A stretch of DNA of 64,000 nucleotides from Candidatus Sungiibacteriota bacterium (GTDB lineage Bacteria; Patescibacteriota; Minisyncoccia; Sungbacterales; HO2-52-23), in NCBI GenBank assembly GCA_016180435.1, contig JACPBG010000002.1, forward strand, positions 144,682 through 208,681, given 5' to 3'. Made by a program: the position numbers and the translations under genes. The notes beneath the pieces were generated by a model. It was given only the letters and a program-made list of their open reading frames with translations. It made no database searches and was not told the DNA's origin. Of the stretch, positions 17,877 to 26,871 are shown one piece after another (within the stretch, counting starts at the first letter, position 1; every line of letters begins with the position of its first letter).

Positions 17877-18210
17877 TAGCCCCGACCGAGACGGGTTAGG
17901 GGAGTAGCAAAAGGAGAGTCAAAAAGGCCCTAAGATACCTTATAGGCGGTCGTTCCAGACCGAAGTGGCCAGCAGCTTTTGACTATGCGAACTCAAAATT
18001 TTCAAATGAGAGGGTTCTCTCAACCACAGACCGTCAAAATGCCAAAAAGTTATTCCATGAGCTTGTCGAAGGGCAACTTTTGGGCTTATATATGTATGCC
18101 TTCGACAAGCTCAGGCAATAAAATTATAGTTTTCGGACGGTCTGTACGCCTCAACAAAATTTTCCACGACTTTTTGGGTTCAAAGCAAATCGCTTGCGAG
18201 CGCAAAACGT
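17877..18210 (+). repeat. Noncoding element R2, homologous to R1; contains a perfect 14-bp hairpin and an outer 10-bp inverted repeat
   Basis: Shared end motifs with R1 (see R1). GAGCTTGTCGAAGG (18058-18071) pairs with CCTTCGACAAGCTC (18099-18112). ACAGACCGTC (~18028) pairs with GACGGTCTGT (~18135). The hsdS terminator hairpin AAACGGAACAC...GTGTTCCGTTT lies just upstream. Confidence 0.45.
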
Positions 18211-18246
18211 GTGTGGGCTAGTTATTATTTGGTATATACTTTATTT

Positions 18247-19104
18247 ATGGAAGAAGCTCCATTTTCGCCAGAAATTCAACCATATAAAAAACCCGTTGAA
18301 GTCGGCGACACCAATAAAATATATTACGATCCCAGTCATCCGGACGTTTTAATCCGCATACCAATAGATAAGGAATCCAAATTTCTTGAAACCAATCCTA
18401 AACTCATCGGAATTGCCGAGAAGATTTATCGTCGTCTCGATGAAATGGGAAAGAGTTTAGACATCGACGTAGCCGATCACCAATTTATTTTAGCGAAAGA
18501 GACGAGCGATGCTCCAGTCAAGCCGATGCTCCTCGCCAAGCGGATTGAGGGCAATCCGCTTGTACCTGTCGACAAAAATAATCTCAAAACTCTTGAAGCA
18601 TTAAGTCGCATTGCTCAACTTGGACATAAATATTTAAATTGGATTGAATCAAATCGACCAAAATCAGTAGTGACTGATGTATTTCGACCAGATCAATATA
18701 TTGCTCATCCCGGAGAAACAGAAGAAACGCATGACAAGCTAACGCTAGTCGACATTGAGCCAAGATTAAAAGATCGCGATCTAGGGATAAAATTTATTGA
18801 TCATGAACTTGGGATGTTAGTCGGCCCATTGCGTAACTCTGCGCATAACGATATTTTTAATTTGTACATGCACCACGCATTCCGTACGCTAAAGCGGAAC
18901 CGTCGCCGCATCGAAATAGGAAGTCTTATTAATATTATTGTTAAAGCACCAGAGTTATACCAACGGATGTCTGAAGATTTTTTAGCTGGCAGAGATACTA
19001 TTTTTACATCTCAGGAGCAACAGGAAATAAAAGATAGGCTACTCAACGCCCCACTGATTGTTAATCAAGAATTACTGAGAAAGTTTGGGATCGAAAAAAT
19101 TTAA
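18247..19104 (+). CDS. Hypothetical protein
   Basis: Long ORF with internal ATG (MEEAPFS) in track ORF 18211..19104. No recognisable motifs. Confidence 0.5.
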   Translation: MEEAPFSPEIQPYKKPVEVGDTNKIYYDPSHPDVLIRIPIDKESKFLETNPKLIGIAEKIYRRLDEMGKSLDIDVADHQFILAKETSDAPVKPMLLAKRIEGNPLVPVDKNNLKTLEALSRIAQLGHKYLNWIESNRPKSVVTDVFRPDQYIAHPGETEETHDKLTLVDIEPRLKDRDLGIKFIDHELGMLVGPLRNSAHNDIFNLYMHHAFRTLKRNRRRIEIGSLINIIVKAPELYQRMSEDFLAGRDTIFTSQEQQEIKDRLLNAPLIVNQELLRKFGIEKI

Positions 19105-19378
19105 GACCATTGCACAAATGAAAAGAATTTAAAGGCGGCGCGTTAGTTTTCAACTGGCACAAAATTCGGCGGAGGAACCCCAGAAGCAGAACGCTTTGCG
19201 TTTGCTACGGGGCAAGAAGCGAGGGCGGGCAAAAATTCCTTCCCCCCAACCCCCTTCTTTTTTGCCCGCCCGAGCAAAAATTATCAAAAGTCGGTGTCCG
19301 GATTTTCGCGAAAAAAAGTTCGGATTTTGTTCAAGACAGACAGATTTCTAGTGAGCCCTACCGAAAAGGGCAAAAACC

Positions 19379-20116
19379 ATGAAAGAATCAGTTGAGCAAA
19401 TCAAAACCAAAGAAGCTGTGCCGAAGCATATTATAGTTGAACTGGGCCCTGGAGACCGTCCATTGGTGTGGAGATTGAGTCGGGATGGGAAAGCGCGATA
19501 TAAAGCGAGAGGCGAGACGCTTTTTAATGTCAATCCTGGTGATACATTCTTTGCAGTAGATCTTCCTCCAGATGAAAGTTTAGACGTTTTTCGGTTCCAT
19601 ATCCAAAAGGGAACTTGGGATCCAGTAGAGCAAAGAATGAAAAGTCATCTGCTGGAAATCAAAGAGCATTTAAACAAATTTTTACCAAAAGGAGCAAAAG
19701 GAGAAGTACTGCATGCAGATGGTCAACGACTTCCATTTATTGATGGTCAAGTAGACGTATTATTTATGTCGAATGTTATTGGCGGTCATATAAGGGGCGA
19801 TGAATTGGGTGGTTTCAAAGCAAATCAGAGGCGTATTTTAAGAGAGAAACAGAATCTTATCAAAGAAGCAAAAAGAGTTTTAAAAACCGGAGGCAAACTT
19901 ATTCTTGAAGAAGAATACGCACCCGCTGAAAATGTAAAAGCGGCTTGGAAAAAGGTAGTAGAAGATTTAAAAAATGATCCGGATTTTACTGCCCGAGATT
20001 TATTTGACAATGGAAACGGAGTACCCGTACTTGAACTAACTAAAAAGGAGTTAGACCAAGACCCATCAATAGGGAGAAAGAATGATCTCCAAGGAAGCTC
20101 TAATGTGCTTCATTAG
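19379..20116 (+). CDS. Putative class I SAM-dependent methyltransferase
   Basis: IIVELGPGD (motif I-like), LHADGQRLPFIDGQVDVLF (post-I/II) and LKTGGKLILEE (motif III-like) in the usual order. Confidence 0.5.
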   Translation: MKESVEQIKTKEAVPKHIIVELGPGDRPLVWRLSRDGKARYKARGETLFNVNPGDTFFAVDLPPDESLDVFRFHIQKGTWDPVEQRMKSHLLEIKEHLNKFLPKGAKGEVLHADGQRLPFIDGQVDVLFMSNVIGGHIRGDELGGFKANQRRILREKQNLIKEAKRVLKTGGKLILEEEYAPAENVKAAWKKVVEDLKNDPDFTARDLFDNGNGVPVLELTKKELDQDPSIGRKNDLQGSSNVLH

Positions 20117-20196
20117 GTGGGATTCCAGACCATGGCAGTTAGCACGCGTATGCTAAGTCAGGTGATCGAGGTATATGGGATTAAAGGGCAAAAAAC

Positions 20197-20631
20197 ATGA
20201 TTGAACAACAAAGACCAAAAGTAGGAGTTGGCGTAATGATTTTGAAGGGCGGCAAGATTTTACTCGGTAAGCGTAAAGGTTCGCATGGCGAGGGAGAGTT
20301 TGCGTTTCCGGGCGGACATTTGGAATATATGGAATCTTTTGCGGATTGCGCTCGGCGCGAAGTGAGCGAGGAATGTGGTATTGAAATTGAAAATATCCGT
20401 TTTCAGTATTTAGCAAATATTACAAAGTATGCGCCGAAACACTATGCACATATCGGCCTTATGGCAGATTGGAAAAGTGGCGAACCGAAAGTTCTTGAAC
20501 CGGAAAAGGCAGAACTGTGGGGTTGGTACGATATGGACAATTTGCCTCAGCCGATTTTCGAAATGTGCAAGTTGGCTGTTCAATGCTACAAGACCGGAAA
20601 GAATTATTTGGATGTTTCTGATCTGAAGTAG
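20197..20631 (+). CDS. Nudix hydrolase
   Basis: Nudix box GGHLEYMESFADCARREVSEECGI (Gx5Ex7REUxEExGU). Confidence 0.8.
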   Translation: MIEQQRPKVGVGVMILKGGKILLGKRKGSHGEGEFAFPGGHLEYMESFADCARREVSEECGIEIENIRFQYLANITKYAPKHYAHIGLMADWKSGEPKVLEPEKAELWGWYDMDNLPQPIFEMCKLAVQCYKTGKNYLDVSDLK

Positions 20632-20720
20632 CCGCCGGATCAGAGCATTAGATAATAGTCGAGTAGAATATAAATTTTTTTATTTTTGTACGATGAGAAC
20701 GGAAAACTGGTTTATCCTGC

Positions 20721-22163
20721 ATGATTTGCATGAAAAAAATAAATTATTTAATTATTGGAGGCGGAATTGCCGGAACAACCGCCGCCGAAACCATTCGCCG
20801 CCATGATCCTGTGGGAAGTATGGCCATTGTGTCGGATGAGCCGTATCGCCTGTATTCGCGGATAATGCTTTCCAAGCCGAATTTTTTTCTGGAGAAAATT
20901 CCTTTTGACCAGATTTGGCTGAAAAAAGAGTCATGGTATGCGGAAAATAACATTCAGGTGATTCTTGGGAAAAGCGCCGTAAAACTTAACCCGCAGGCCA
21001 AGATAGTTACTTTAAATACCGGGGAAGAACTGGAATATGAAAAATTGCTTTTGGCAGTTGGCGGATGCGCCCGGCGCTGGGATCTTCCGGGAGCGGAGAG
21101 GCGCGGTATTTTTTATCTGCGAACATTGGACGACGCTAAAGCAATTATGACAGCGGTTAACCCCGTTAGAACGGATACTTCGCGATTGGCCGAAGGCGGC
21201 ATTGAATCACCACCTCTTATATCTGCCTTAACCGTCGACCCGCTTCGCCATAGCTTTAGCGAGGCGAGCAGGAGTAAGCGGCGTTCTAACGGGGTAAAAA
21301 CTGCCCGACATGCGGTGGCTATTGGCGGAGGTTTTGTCAGTTTTGAAATGTGCGACATGTTGCGTTTGGCCGGAATTGACGTAACATTGCTTTTGCGGGA
21401 ATCTTATTTTTGGGAGCCGGTTCTGGACGAGACATCGGGACGCATGATCGAGGCGGCACTGGAAAAAGGCGGCGTTAAGATTATGCGGAATACCGAGGTT
21501 GGCAAAATAATCGGCCAGGATCGGGTGGAGGCAGTTGAGATTAACGGCGGAAAAAAAATCGCTTGCGATATGTTGATAGTCGGGATCGGAGTTTTTTGTC
21601 CTTTGGCCTGGCTGGAGGTCGCCGGGGTAAAAGTGGGGCGGGGGATATTGGCTAACGAGTATTTGGAAATCAATTTTCCCTATATATGGGTTGCGGGGGA
21701 CGCGGCGGAATTCAAGGATTTGATACTTGGCGAGCAGATTCAGCTTGGAAATTGGGTGAACGCGCAGATGCAGGGCAGGATAGCGGGGATGAATATGTCT
21801 GGATCCCTCGACCCGCTTCGCCCGCAAAGCGAGGCGAGCAAGCTCAGGACAAGAAAGGAGCCATTTCGCATGGTTTCGTTTTATACCACGATTGGTTTTG
21901 GCATTACCATTGCATTTGTAGGGGATGTCCGGCCGATGGAGGGCCGGACCATAATTTTGCGCGGTTCGGCCGATGCCGGATCTTACGTCCGGGTCATTGT
22001 AAAAGGCGGAGAAATAATCGGCGCCACCCTGATAAATCGCACCCAGGAGCTTGGACCAATTTCCAAACTGATTGAAAAGGACTTTAAAATCGCGGGGCGC
22101 GAAAAAGAGCTTGCGGACACATCTTTTGATCTGAAAAAATTGATTGAGAATTTGAAATCATAA
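20721..22163 (+). CDS. FAD/NAD(P)-dependent pyridine-nucleotide-disulfide-type oxidoreductase carrying two in-frame repeat insertions
   Basis: FAD Rossmann YLIIGGGIAGTTAAETI; second Rossmann HAVAIGGGFVSFEMCDML; C-terminal GDAAEF. Between them lie atypical inserts NPVRTDTSRLAEGGIESPPLISALTVDPLRHSFSEASRSKRRSNGVKTAR and SLDPLRPQSEASKLRTRK, encoded by GC-rich repeats. Confidence 0.7.
   Translation: MICMKKINYLIIGGGIAGTTAAETIRRHDPVGSMAIVSDEPYRLYSRIMLSKPNFFLEKIPFDQIWLKKESWYAENNIQVILGKSAVKLNPQAKIVTLNTGEELEYEKLLLAVGGCARRWDLPGAERRGIFYLRTLDDAKAIMTAVNPVRTDTSRLAEGGIESPPLISALTVDPLRHSFSEASRSKRRSNGVKTARHAVAIGGGFVSFEMCDMLRLAGIDVTLLLRESYFWEPVLDETSGRMIEAALEKGGVKIMRNTEVGKIIGQDRVEAVEINGGKKIACDMLIVGIGVFCPLAWLEVAGVKVGRGILANEYLEINFPYIWVAGDAAEFKDLILGEQIQLGNWVNAQMQGRIAGMNMSGSLDPLRPQSEASKLRTRKEPFRMVSFYTTIGFGITIAFVGDVRPMEGRTIILRGSADAGSYVRVIVKGGEIIGATLINRTQELGPISKLIEKDFKIAGREKELADTSFDLKKLIENLKS
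21234..21295. repeat. GC-rich hairpin repeat (CGACCCGCTTCGCC...AGCGAGGCGAGCAGG) plus a TTCTAACGGGG half-site, inside the oxidoreductase CDS
   Basis: Shares CGACCCGCTTCGCC and AGCGAGGCGAGCA with the second copy at 21807-21843. gcgttctaacggggtaa also occurs at 4510 and 27718. Confidence 0.5.
21807..21843. repeat. Second copy of the GC-rich hairpin repeat inside the oxidoreductase CDS
   Basis: ctcgacccgcttcgcccgcaaagcgaggcgagcaagc is in frame and encodes a non-conserved 18-aa insert. Confidence 0.5.
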
Positions 22164-22170
22164 TAATTTT

Positions 22171-23397
22171 ATGACCCACAGAATTGATTCTAAACATTTG
22201 GATGCGATTATTATAGGAGCCGGACCCGCCGGAGGATCGGCGGCCAGGGAGCTTGCCAAACGAGGCAAGAAAGTTCTTTTAATTGAGCAATCGCATGAAA
22301 TTGGCGAGCCGAATTATTCAACAGCCGGGACCCCCAAGGAAACAGTTGAAGATTTTGATTTGCCCTCCGATATTCTTTCGTCCTCGTGGAATAAAATCAT
22401 GCTGGCTACGCCCCGGACGCAAGCTGTTTGGTCGTTTCCGGAGACGATGGGATATGTTCTTGATTTTGCCGGGCTTAAAAAATTTTTAGCCAAAGACGCA
22501 GCGGAAAACGGAGCGGAAATTTTGGTTGGGACTTCCGTAAAGGAGTTTATTGACGCCGGAGAAAAGATGATCGGCGTACGGTATCATGGTGTTTTCGGCG
22601 ACGGCGAAGCGTTGGCGGACGTTATTATAGATGCAACCGGACATCACGAGTTTTCCAACACATTATTGAAATTGAATCGCATTCAATCGGGTTCTTTGGC
22701 GCAAGCCATGGAGTATTTGATGACCAATCCACGCGCGCAGCTCAAAGACACTCTGGCCACATTTTGGGGGTCCGAGTATGCTCCCCATGGATATGCATGG
22801 TCTTTTCCGATGGATAACGGGAAAGAGGCCAAAGTTGGCATTTGCCAATATTCATATGATGAGAATAAAGGTGATCTTAAGAATTCGCTGGAACGGTTTG
22901 TGGATTCACTGCCTTATTTTAAAGAAATGGAACCGATCGAAATTCATGCCGGAGCAGCGCATGTAGACGGCGGCGTTGCGTGCCACATTTTCAAAAATGT
23001 AATGCTCATAGGAGATGCCGCTCACCAAATTAATCCGTTGGGAGGGGAGGGCATACGGCATTCGTTGCGGGCCGGACGTATTGCTGCTGATGCCATCGCA
23101 CGTTCTTTAGAAAATGGCGTTTGCGATCAATCTATGCTGAAACAAACATATGAATCAGAGTGGAAAAAGGAATTTGGCCGGGCTTGGCGCCTTTCCTATA
23201 TACTTAGCGGGATTTTATATAATCTGGAAGATGAATTATTGGATAAGCTGGTGAAAGTTATTGAAAGAATATTGCCTCAAGATATGTTTGAGATCGGGTT
23301 TCATTATGATTATTCCCGCGCGATGAAATATCCCGGGCTAATTTCTTTACTGCCGTCCGCTATAAAAAATTTTTTGAAAAAATGGCAGTCATTTTAA
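22171..23397 (+). CDS. Geranylgeranyl-reductase-family FAD-dependent oxidoreductase
   Basis: DAIIIGAGPAGGSAARELAKRGKKVLLIE (FAD binding) and GDAAHQINPLGGEGI (the GDAAG..P.tGEGI signature of the GG reductase family). Confidence 0.6.
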   Translation: MTHRIDSKHLDAIIIGAGPAGGSAARELAKRGKKVLLIEQSHEIGEPNYSTAGTPKETVEDFDLPSDILSSSWNKIMLATPRTQAVWSFPETMGYVLDFAGLKKFLAKDAAENGAEILVGTSVKEFIDAGEKMIGVRYHGVFGDGEALADVIIDATGHHEFSNTLLKLNRIQSGSLAQAMEYLMTNPRAQLKDTLATFWGSEYAPHGYAWSFPMDNGKEAKVGICQYSYDENKGDLKNSLERFVDSLPYFKEMEPIEIHAGAAHVDGGVACHIFKNVMLIGDAAHQINPLGGEGIRHSLRAGRIAADAIARSLENGVCDQSMLKQTYESEWKKEFGRAWRLSYILSGILYNLEDELLDKLVKVIERILPQDMFEIGFHYDYSRAMKYPGLISLLPSAIKNFLKKWQSF

Positions 23398-23612
23398 AAG
23401 ATGAGCAGATTACGGCTGAGGCGTTTTGTTTTATCAGCAATGGGAGGGCGAATAACGCTACAATAATAAACCTCCCACAAGCAAGCATATGGGCGGTTGA
23501 GGGTGTTTGATTTTAGACAATGGGAGATCCGCCAGAGGCGGATACAATAAGAAAAGGTAATATGTGTATTTTAGGCAAAAAACAATAGACCTTTTGCACA
23601 AGTTGGCAGACC

Positions 23613-23641
23613 TTGACGGATTTTGTGAGTGCGGCATACTA
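23613..23641 (+). promoter_or_regulatory. Sigma70-like promoter candidate (TTGACG-17nt-ATACTA) with a strong AAGGAGG RBS at 23662 ahead of the cytochrome c gene
   Basis: Hexamers with 17-nt spacing; Shine-Dalgarno aaggagggg lies 6 nt before the ATG at 23674. Confidence 0.3.
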
Positions 23642-23673
23642 AGATTAGTACCTAGTATATTAAGGAGGGGAAC

Positions 23674-24015
23674 ATGAAGGGCGTATTATTGATTATTGGT
23701 TTTCTGGCCGCAGTGTTGTTGTTTGCGGATAGGGGAATAGCCGCTGGTAAGCAGGATGGCAAGGCGCTTTATTCCGCAAAGTGTTCCGGCTGTCATGGCG
23801 CCGACGGCAAAGGAAACGCCGCTTTGGCTACTGCGCTAAGTGCGGATCCGGGAGCAATGGATTTGACCAAGAAAGATGTGAAGGATGTTAAAAAGCGTAG
23901 CAACCAGGATCTTTCCTGCGTTATCAAAAACGGCAAAGGTAAAATGCCGGCGGTGACAGGCCTAAGCGACGCTGAAATTACGGCAGTCATTAAGTATGTG
24001 CGTTCTTTGAAGTAA
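23674..24015 (+). CDS. Class I c-type cytochrome (mono-haem) with signal peptide
   Basis: Signal peptide MKGVLLIIGFLAAVLLFA. Haem motif CSGCH. Distal Met candidate in GKGKMPAV. Confidence 0.75.
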   Translation: MKGVLLIIGFLAAVLLFADRGIAAGKQDGKALYSAKCSGCHGADGKGNAALATALSADPGAMDLTKKDVKDVKKRSNQDLSCVIKNGKGKMPAVTGLSDAEITAVIKYVRSLK

Positions 24016-24073
24016 TCGATCACCATCTTTTTTATCATACCGCCGAATTTCGGCGGATTTTTTAGTGGGTGGA

Positions 24074-24174
24074 CCCCGTTAGAGATTTAACCAACGATAA
24101 AACATGGGTTACGAGTTATCCCGCAGTCAGGCATGCTCCTACCGGCGTAGTTTCGTTCCGCATCTCTAACGGGG
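24074..24174. repeat. MITE-like element with terminal inverted repeats CCCCGTTAGAGATTTA ... ATCTCTAACGGGG
   Basis: 13-nt perfect terminal inverted repeats enclosing ~75 nt. The same termini occur at 49561..49657, with variants at 14296, 38812 and 57156. Confidence 0.6.
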
Positions 24175-24264
24175 TGGATAAGTTTTGTTGTATTAGAATT
24201 ATATGTAGGTTATATTTAAAATATCAAGAAGGTCGAATAGTTATAAATAATCGGCACTTTAATT

Positions 24265-24666
24265 ATGACAAATCAAAAAATTATTGAGTGGGTGTTGCGG
24301 ATTGCGGTGGCCGGTGAATTCATTGGTCATGGCGCATTTGCCCTGCAAGGCAAAAAGGACTGGATCGGGTGGTTTGCCCAATTTGGGATTTCCGATGCCG
24401 GGACCGCCACGCAACTGCTTCTTCTTTTAGGAGCCGTAGATGTTGCATTAGGGATTTTAATTTTGATTAAACCGGTTCGCGTTGCGCTTCTGTGGATGGT
24501 ATTTTGGGGTTTCTGGACAGCGCTTTTGCGTCCGCTGGTTGGAATGCCGGTCTGGGATTTTGTGGAACGTTGGGCGAATTGGGGAGCGCCCCTGGCGCTT
24601 CTATTGCTTATCGGGTGGCCTAAGAGCTGGAGTGAATGGCTTTTTGATAATAAAGAAACAACGTAA
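24265..24666 (+). CDS. Small polytopic membrane protein (DoxX-like)
   Basis: Four predicted TM helices; LRIAVAGEFIGHGAFAL resembles the DoxX family. Stop overlaps the nrdD start (TAATG). Confidence 0.4.
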   Translation: MTNQKIIEWVLRIAVAGEFIGHGAFALQGKKDWIGWFAQFGISDAGTATQLLLLLGAVDVALGILILIKPVRVALLWMVFWGFWTALLRPLVGMPVWDFVERWANWGAPLALLLLIGWPKSWSEWLFDNKETT

Positions 24667-26738
24667 TGATTCCCTTTATACCATTTAGAACAATCAAAAA
24701 ACGGGACGGAAGAATCGTTCCTTTTGACCCGTATAAAATTTCAAACGCCATTGAAAAAGCCGGAATTGCTACCGGTGAATTCGGGCGCGCCACTGCGGAA
24801 AAACTTATGCAAAGGGTGCTCTGGCAGGTGGAACATATGCCCGCAAATTATCTTCCGACCGTGGAGGAGGTTCAGGATATAGTCGAGGATGTCCTGTTAA
24901 GCTCTTTTTATAAAAAAACCGCCAAGTCGTATATTTTGTATCGCGATCAGCACGCCAAACTTCGCGATATGGTATCAACCGCCGAGGTGGATCTTATGGA
25001 ACGATACCTCGGTTTGGCTGATTGGCAGGTTCAGGAAAACAGCAATATGACCTATTCCCTGCAGGGCCTTAATAATTATGTTTCCTCCGAAATAAGCAAA
25101 GTGTACTGGTTGAATAAAATTTATCCCCCGGAAGTTGCGCGGACCCATCAGAGAGGGGACTTTCATATTCATGATTTAAACGTACTTTCGGTATATTGCG
25201 TGGGATGGGATCTGCATGATTTGCTGGCCCAGGGGTTTCGCGGGACCCGCGGGAAAATAGAAAGTAAGCCAGCTAAACATTTTCGTAGCGCTTTGGGGCA
25301 GGTTACCAATTTTTTCTATACTCTGCAGGGAGAAGCGGCCGGGGCGCAGGCGTTTTCAAACTTTGATACGCTACTGGCGCCGTTTATACGCTACGATAAA
25401 TTATCTTACGCCGAGGTGCGCCAAGCCATGCAGGAATTTGTTTTTAATATTAACGTGCCGACCCGGGTCGGATTCCAGACGCCTTTTACCAATGTAACCA
25501 TTGATCTGCAGGTGCCGAAAATGTATGCGGGCATGCCGGTCATAATCGGAGGAGCATATCAGAAAGAATTATACGGCGAGTTTCAAGGCGAGATGGATAT
25601 GTTTAACCGCGCGTTTCTTGAAATAATGATGGAAGGTGACGCGCGCGGCCGGATTTTTACGTTTCCCATTCCGACTTATAACATCACCAAGGGATTTGAC
25701 TGGAAAAATGAAAATATTGATATGTTGTGGCAGGTGGCTGCTAAATACGGGATTCCTTATTTTGCCAATTTTGTGAATTCAGATATGTCGCCGGATGACG
25801 CGCGTTCCATGTGCTGCCGCTTGCGCCTGGATATGCGCATGCTTGAGAAGCGCGGCGGGGGTCTTTTTGGAGCGCACCCGCTTACCGGATCCATTGGCGT
25901 GGTTACCATAAATATGCCGCGGCTGGGATATTTATCTCAAAACAAAGAAGAGTTTATGGAAAGATTAGAGCGCCTGATGGAACTTGGCAAAGAAAGTTTG
26001 GAGATTAAACGTAAAGCCCTGGATAGATTTACTGAAGGCAATCTTTATCCCTATTCCAAATTTTATCTGCGGGACATCAAAGAGCGTTTTGGCAATTACT
26101 GGGAAAATCATTTCTCTACCATTGGCCTGGTGGGCATGAATGAGGCATGTTTGAATTTATTGGGAAAGACAATTGCGGATCCGGAAGGCCATGAATTTGC
26201 CGCCGCGGTTCTTGATTTTATGAGAGAAAAGCTTTTATCTTTTCAGCAAGAAACCGGGCATAACTACAATTTGGAAGCCACACCGGCCGAAGGAACCGCT
26301 TATCGCCTCGCGCGCCTGGATAAAGAAACGCATCCGGAAATAATTTGCGCTAATGAAACTAAATGGAGAAGCGGAGCCAAGCCCTTTTATACTAATTCCA
26401 CTAATTTACCGGTGAATTATACCGATGATATTTTTGAGGCGTTTGATTTGCAGGATTCATTGCAGATAAAATATACCGGCGGGACGGTATTGCACGGATT
26501 TTTAGGTGAGCGCATGCCCTCGGGCGAGGCGGTTAAGCATTTGGTTAGAAAAGTGGTGGAAAATTACCGGCTTCCGTATTTTACCATTACCCCTACTTTC
26601 AGCATCTGTCCGGTACACGGGTATCTTGCGGGCGAGTACGAATATTGTCCGCGCTGTGATGAAGAAATGGGGTATAATTCAGAATTACAAAATGCATCGC
26701 CAAATCAAAGTCAGCCATTATTTTCAAAGGTCGGATAA
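24666..26738 (+). CDS. nrdD: Anaerobic ribonucleoside-triphosphate reductase, catalytic body (ATP cone to Zn ribbon), truncated before the glycyl-radical domain by an insertion
   Basis: ATP cone (IKKRDGRIVPFDPYKISNAIEKA); class III RNR core; Zn site CPVHGY...CPRC. The frame then runs into inserted sequence (EEMGYNSELQNASPNQSQPLFSKVG) and stops. The RVVGYY glycyl-radical motif is found only in the downstream mini-ORF. Confidence 0.9.
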   Translation: MIPFIPFRTIKKRDGRIVPFDPYKISNAIEKAGIATGEFGRATAEKLMQRVLWQVEHMPANYLPTVEEVQDIVEDVLLSSFYKKTAKSYILYRDQHAKLRDMVSTAEVDLMERYLGLADWQVQENSNMTYSLQGLNNYVSSEISKVYWLNKIYPPEVARTHQRGDFHIHDLNVLSVYCVGWDLHDLLAQGFRGTRGKIESKPAKHFRSALGQVTNFFYTLQGEAAGAQAFSNFDTLLAPFIRYDKLSYAEVRQAMQEFVFNINVPTRVGFQTPFTNVTIDLQVPKMYAGMPVIIGGAYQKELYGEFQGEMDMFNRAFLEIMMEGDARGRIFTFPIPTYNITKGFDWKNENIDMLWQVAAKYGIPYFANFVNSDMSPDDARSMCCRLRLDMRMLEKRGGGLFGAHPLTGSIGVVTINMPRLGYLSQNKEEFMERLERLMELGKESLEIKRKALDRFTEGNLYPYSKFYLRDIKERFGNYWENHFSTIGLVGMNEACLNLLGKTIADPEGHEFAAAVLDFMREKLLSFQQETGHNYNLEATPAEGTAYRLARLDKETHPEIICANETKWRSGAKPFYTNSTNLPVNYTDDIFEAFDLQDSLQIKYTGGTVLHGFLGERMPSGEAVKHLVRKVVENYRLPYFTITPTFSICPVHGYLAGEYEYCPRCDEEMGYNSELQNASPNQSQPLFSKVG

Positions 26739-26871
26739 AAAATCAACGAATAACGAATCATACGCGAATATGCGAATTTATAGTGAGCCTGTCGAACTAT
26801 TCGTTAATTCGCTTCATATTCGCTATTCGTTGATATCGCAGAATGAAAAATAAAACTCGTCAGCGCTGTGA
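26651..26871. mobile_element. 212-bp insertion in nrdD flanked by a 9-bp direct repeat GCGCTGTGA (26651-26659 and 26863-26871); it carries a stop, the ACGAAT palindrome and an outward ATG
   Basis: Removing the insert and one repeat copy restores ...YCPRCEVYSRVVGYYRPVEQWNEGKQAEFVERKEYD, a contiguous NrdD C-terminus. The interior contains the CAACGAATAACGAAT...ATTCGTTGATAT palindrome (26739-26842) and TTTATAGTGAGCCTGTCGAACTAT, which also occurs at 13017-13040. Confidence 0.7.

Noticed and set aside
24074-24174. CCCCGTTAGAG/CTCTAACGGGG elements as integron attC sites
   Set aside because: The termini resemble attC core and inverse core (GTTRRRY/RYYYAAC). However, the orientation relative to the genes is inverted, no intI or attI is present, a 50-nt copy sits inside hsdM, and the elements are not arrayed between promoterless cassettes.
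26739-26842. The nrdD interruption as a group I intron, as in phage T4 nrdD
   Set aside because: The insertion is only 212 bp. It is a simple ACGAAT/ATTCGT palindrome without P3-P7 core elements and is flanked by a 9-bp target-site duplication, which indicates insertion rather than a self-splicing intron.
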